From: Mobula hypostoma | Taxonomy: Eukaryota | Direction of reading: 5' to 3' | Assembly (NCBI RefSeq): GCF_963921235.1 | Contig: NC_086097.1 | Span: 123,878,001 to 123,942,000, forward strand | DNA: 64,000 nucleotides | Shown here: positions 62,750 to 64,000 of the stretch, piece by piece | Layout of the letters: every line of letters starts with the position of its first letter | Numbering within the stretch: position 1 is the stretch's first letter | Notes under the pieces: model-generated | What the model was told of the DNA's origin: nothing | Database searches by the model: none | What the model saw: only the letters and a program-made list of their open reading frames with translations | Translations under genes and position numbers: made by a program

Positions 62750-64000
62750 AAGTAAATTTATTATCGAAGTACATATATGTCACCACATACAACACTGAAA
62801 GTCATTTTCTTGTGGGCATACCCAATAAATCCATAGAAAAATAACCATAATGAATGATTGCACCAACACGGTGTTTAACCGGTGTGCGAAAGACGATGAA
62901 CTGTGCAAATATAAAAAGGAAAATAATAATAATAAATAAATAAGCAATAAATATCAAGAACCTGAGATGAAGAGTCCTTGAAAGAGAGTCCATTGGTTGT
63001 GGTAACATTTCAATGATGGGGCAAGTAAAGTTGAGAGAAGTTATCACCTTTGGCTGAGTAGTAACTGTTCCTGAGCCTGGTGGTGTGAGTCATAAAGCTC
63101 CTGTACATCCTCCCTGATGGCAGCAGTGAGAAGAGAGCAAGTCCTGGTTGGTGAGGATCCCTACTGATGGATGCTGCTTTCCTGTGACAGTATTTCATAA
63201 AGATGTGCTCAGTGATGGGGTGGAGTTACCCGTGATGGACTGGGCCATATCCACTACTTTTTGTAGGATTCTCCATTCAAGGGCATCGGTGTTGTCATAA
63301 CAGGTTGTGATGCAGCCAGTCTATGCACTCTCCAGTACACACCTATGGAAGTCTGTCCAAGTTTTCAATGTCATGCTAAATCTTCACAAACTCCTAAGAA
63401 AGTAGAGGTCCTCCTGTGTTTTCTTTGTAATTGCACTTGCGTGCCTGGGCCCAAGACAGGTCCTCTGAAATTAAAACACCAAGGAATTTAATATTGCTGA
63501 CCCTCTCCATCTCTGATCCTCCAATGAGGACTGGCTCATCGACCGCTGGTTTCCTACTCCTGAAGTCAATAATCAGCTCTTGGTCTTGCTGACACTGAGT
63601 AAGAGGTTGCTGTTGTGACACCACTCAGCCGGATTTTCAACCTCCCTCCTATATGTTGATTCATCACCACCTTTGATTCAGCCTATGACAGGTGGTGTCA
63701 TCGACAAACTTGAATATGGCATTGAAGCTGTGCTTAGCCTCACAACCATAAGTGCAAAGCAAGTAGAGCAGGGGGCTAGGCACACAGCCTTGTGGTACAC
63801 CCAGGCAGAGGGAGATCCTGGAGGAGATGTTGCCAATCTGAACTGACTGGGATCTGCAAGTGAGGCAATCAATGATCCAATTGCACAAGGAAGGATTGAG
63901 GCCAAGATCTAGGAACTTATTGATTAGTTTTAAGGGGATGATGGTATTAAACGCTGAGCTGTAATCGATAAAAAGCATCCTGATGTATGCATCTTTGCTG
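62750..64000 (-). mobile_element. Rex1/Babar LINE 3' part, runs off window
   Basis: [40 protein letters not shown]. Confidence 0.88.

Overview
Repeat-rich vertebrate genomic DNA. The CR1/Rex1/V-SINE/Penelope content suggests a cartilaginous fish, probably a ray (inference). The whole window lies inside one minus-strand multi-exon gene, RGS22 (regulator of G-protein signalling 22). Twelve exons are recognisable by similarity to mammalian RGS22, and three more fit by splice sites and frame. Together they give one frame-consistent chain from 61319 down to 2641; both gene ends lie outside the window. The introns hold many mobile elements: CR1 LINE fragments (one young copy with a 775-codon open ORF2), Rex1/Babar LINEs, an L1/Tx1 fragment, a 5'-inverted Hero (RLE-type) LINE, Tc1 transposons and MITEs, V-SINEs, Penelope-like remnants carrying minimal hammerhead ribozymes, a decayed tRNA-Pro-primed endogenous retrovirus with a related solo LTR, and a 35-bp minisatellite. 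The most notable structure is a nest (Rex1 > Tc1 > ORF1-only Nimb/I-like LINE > CR1) at 16.8-23.3 kb. I found no prokaryote-type system and no CRISPR array. All homology calls are from recognition of motifs by eye, not from database searches.
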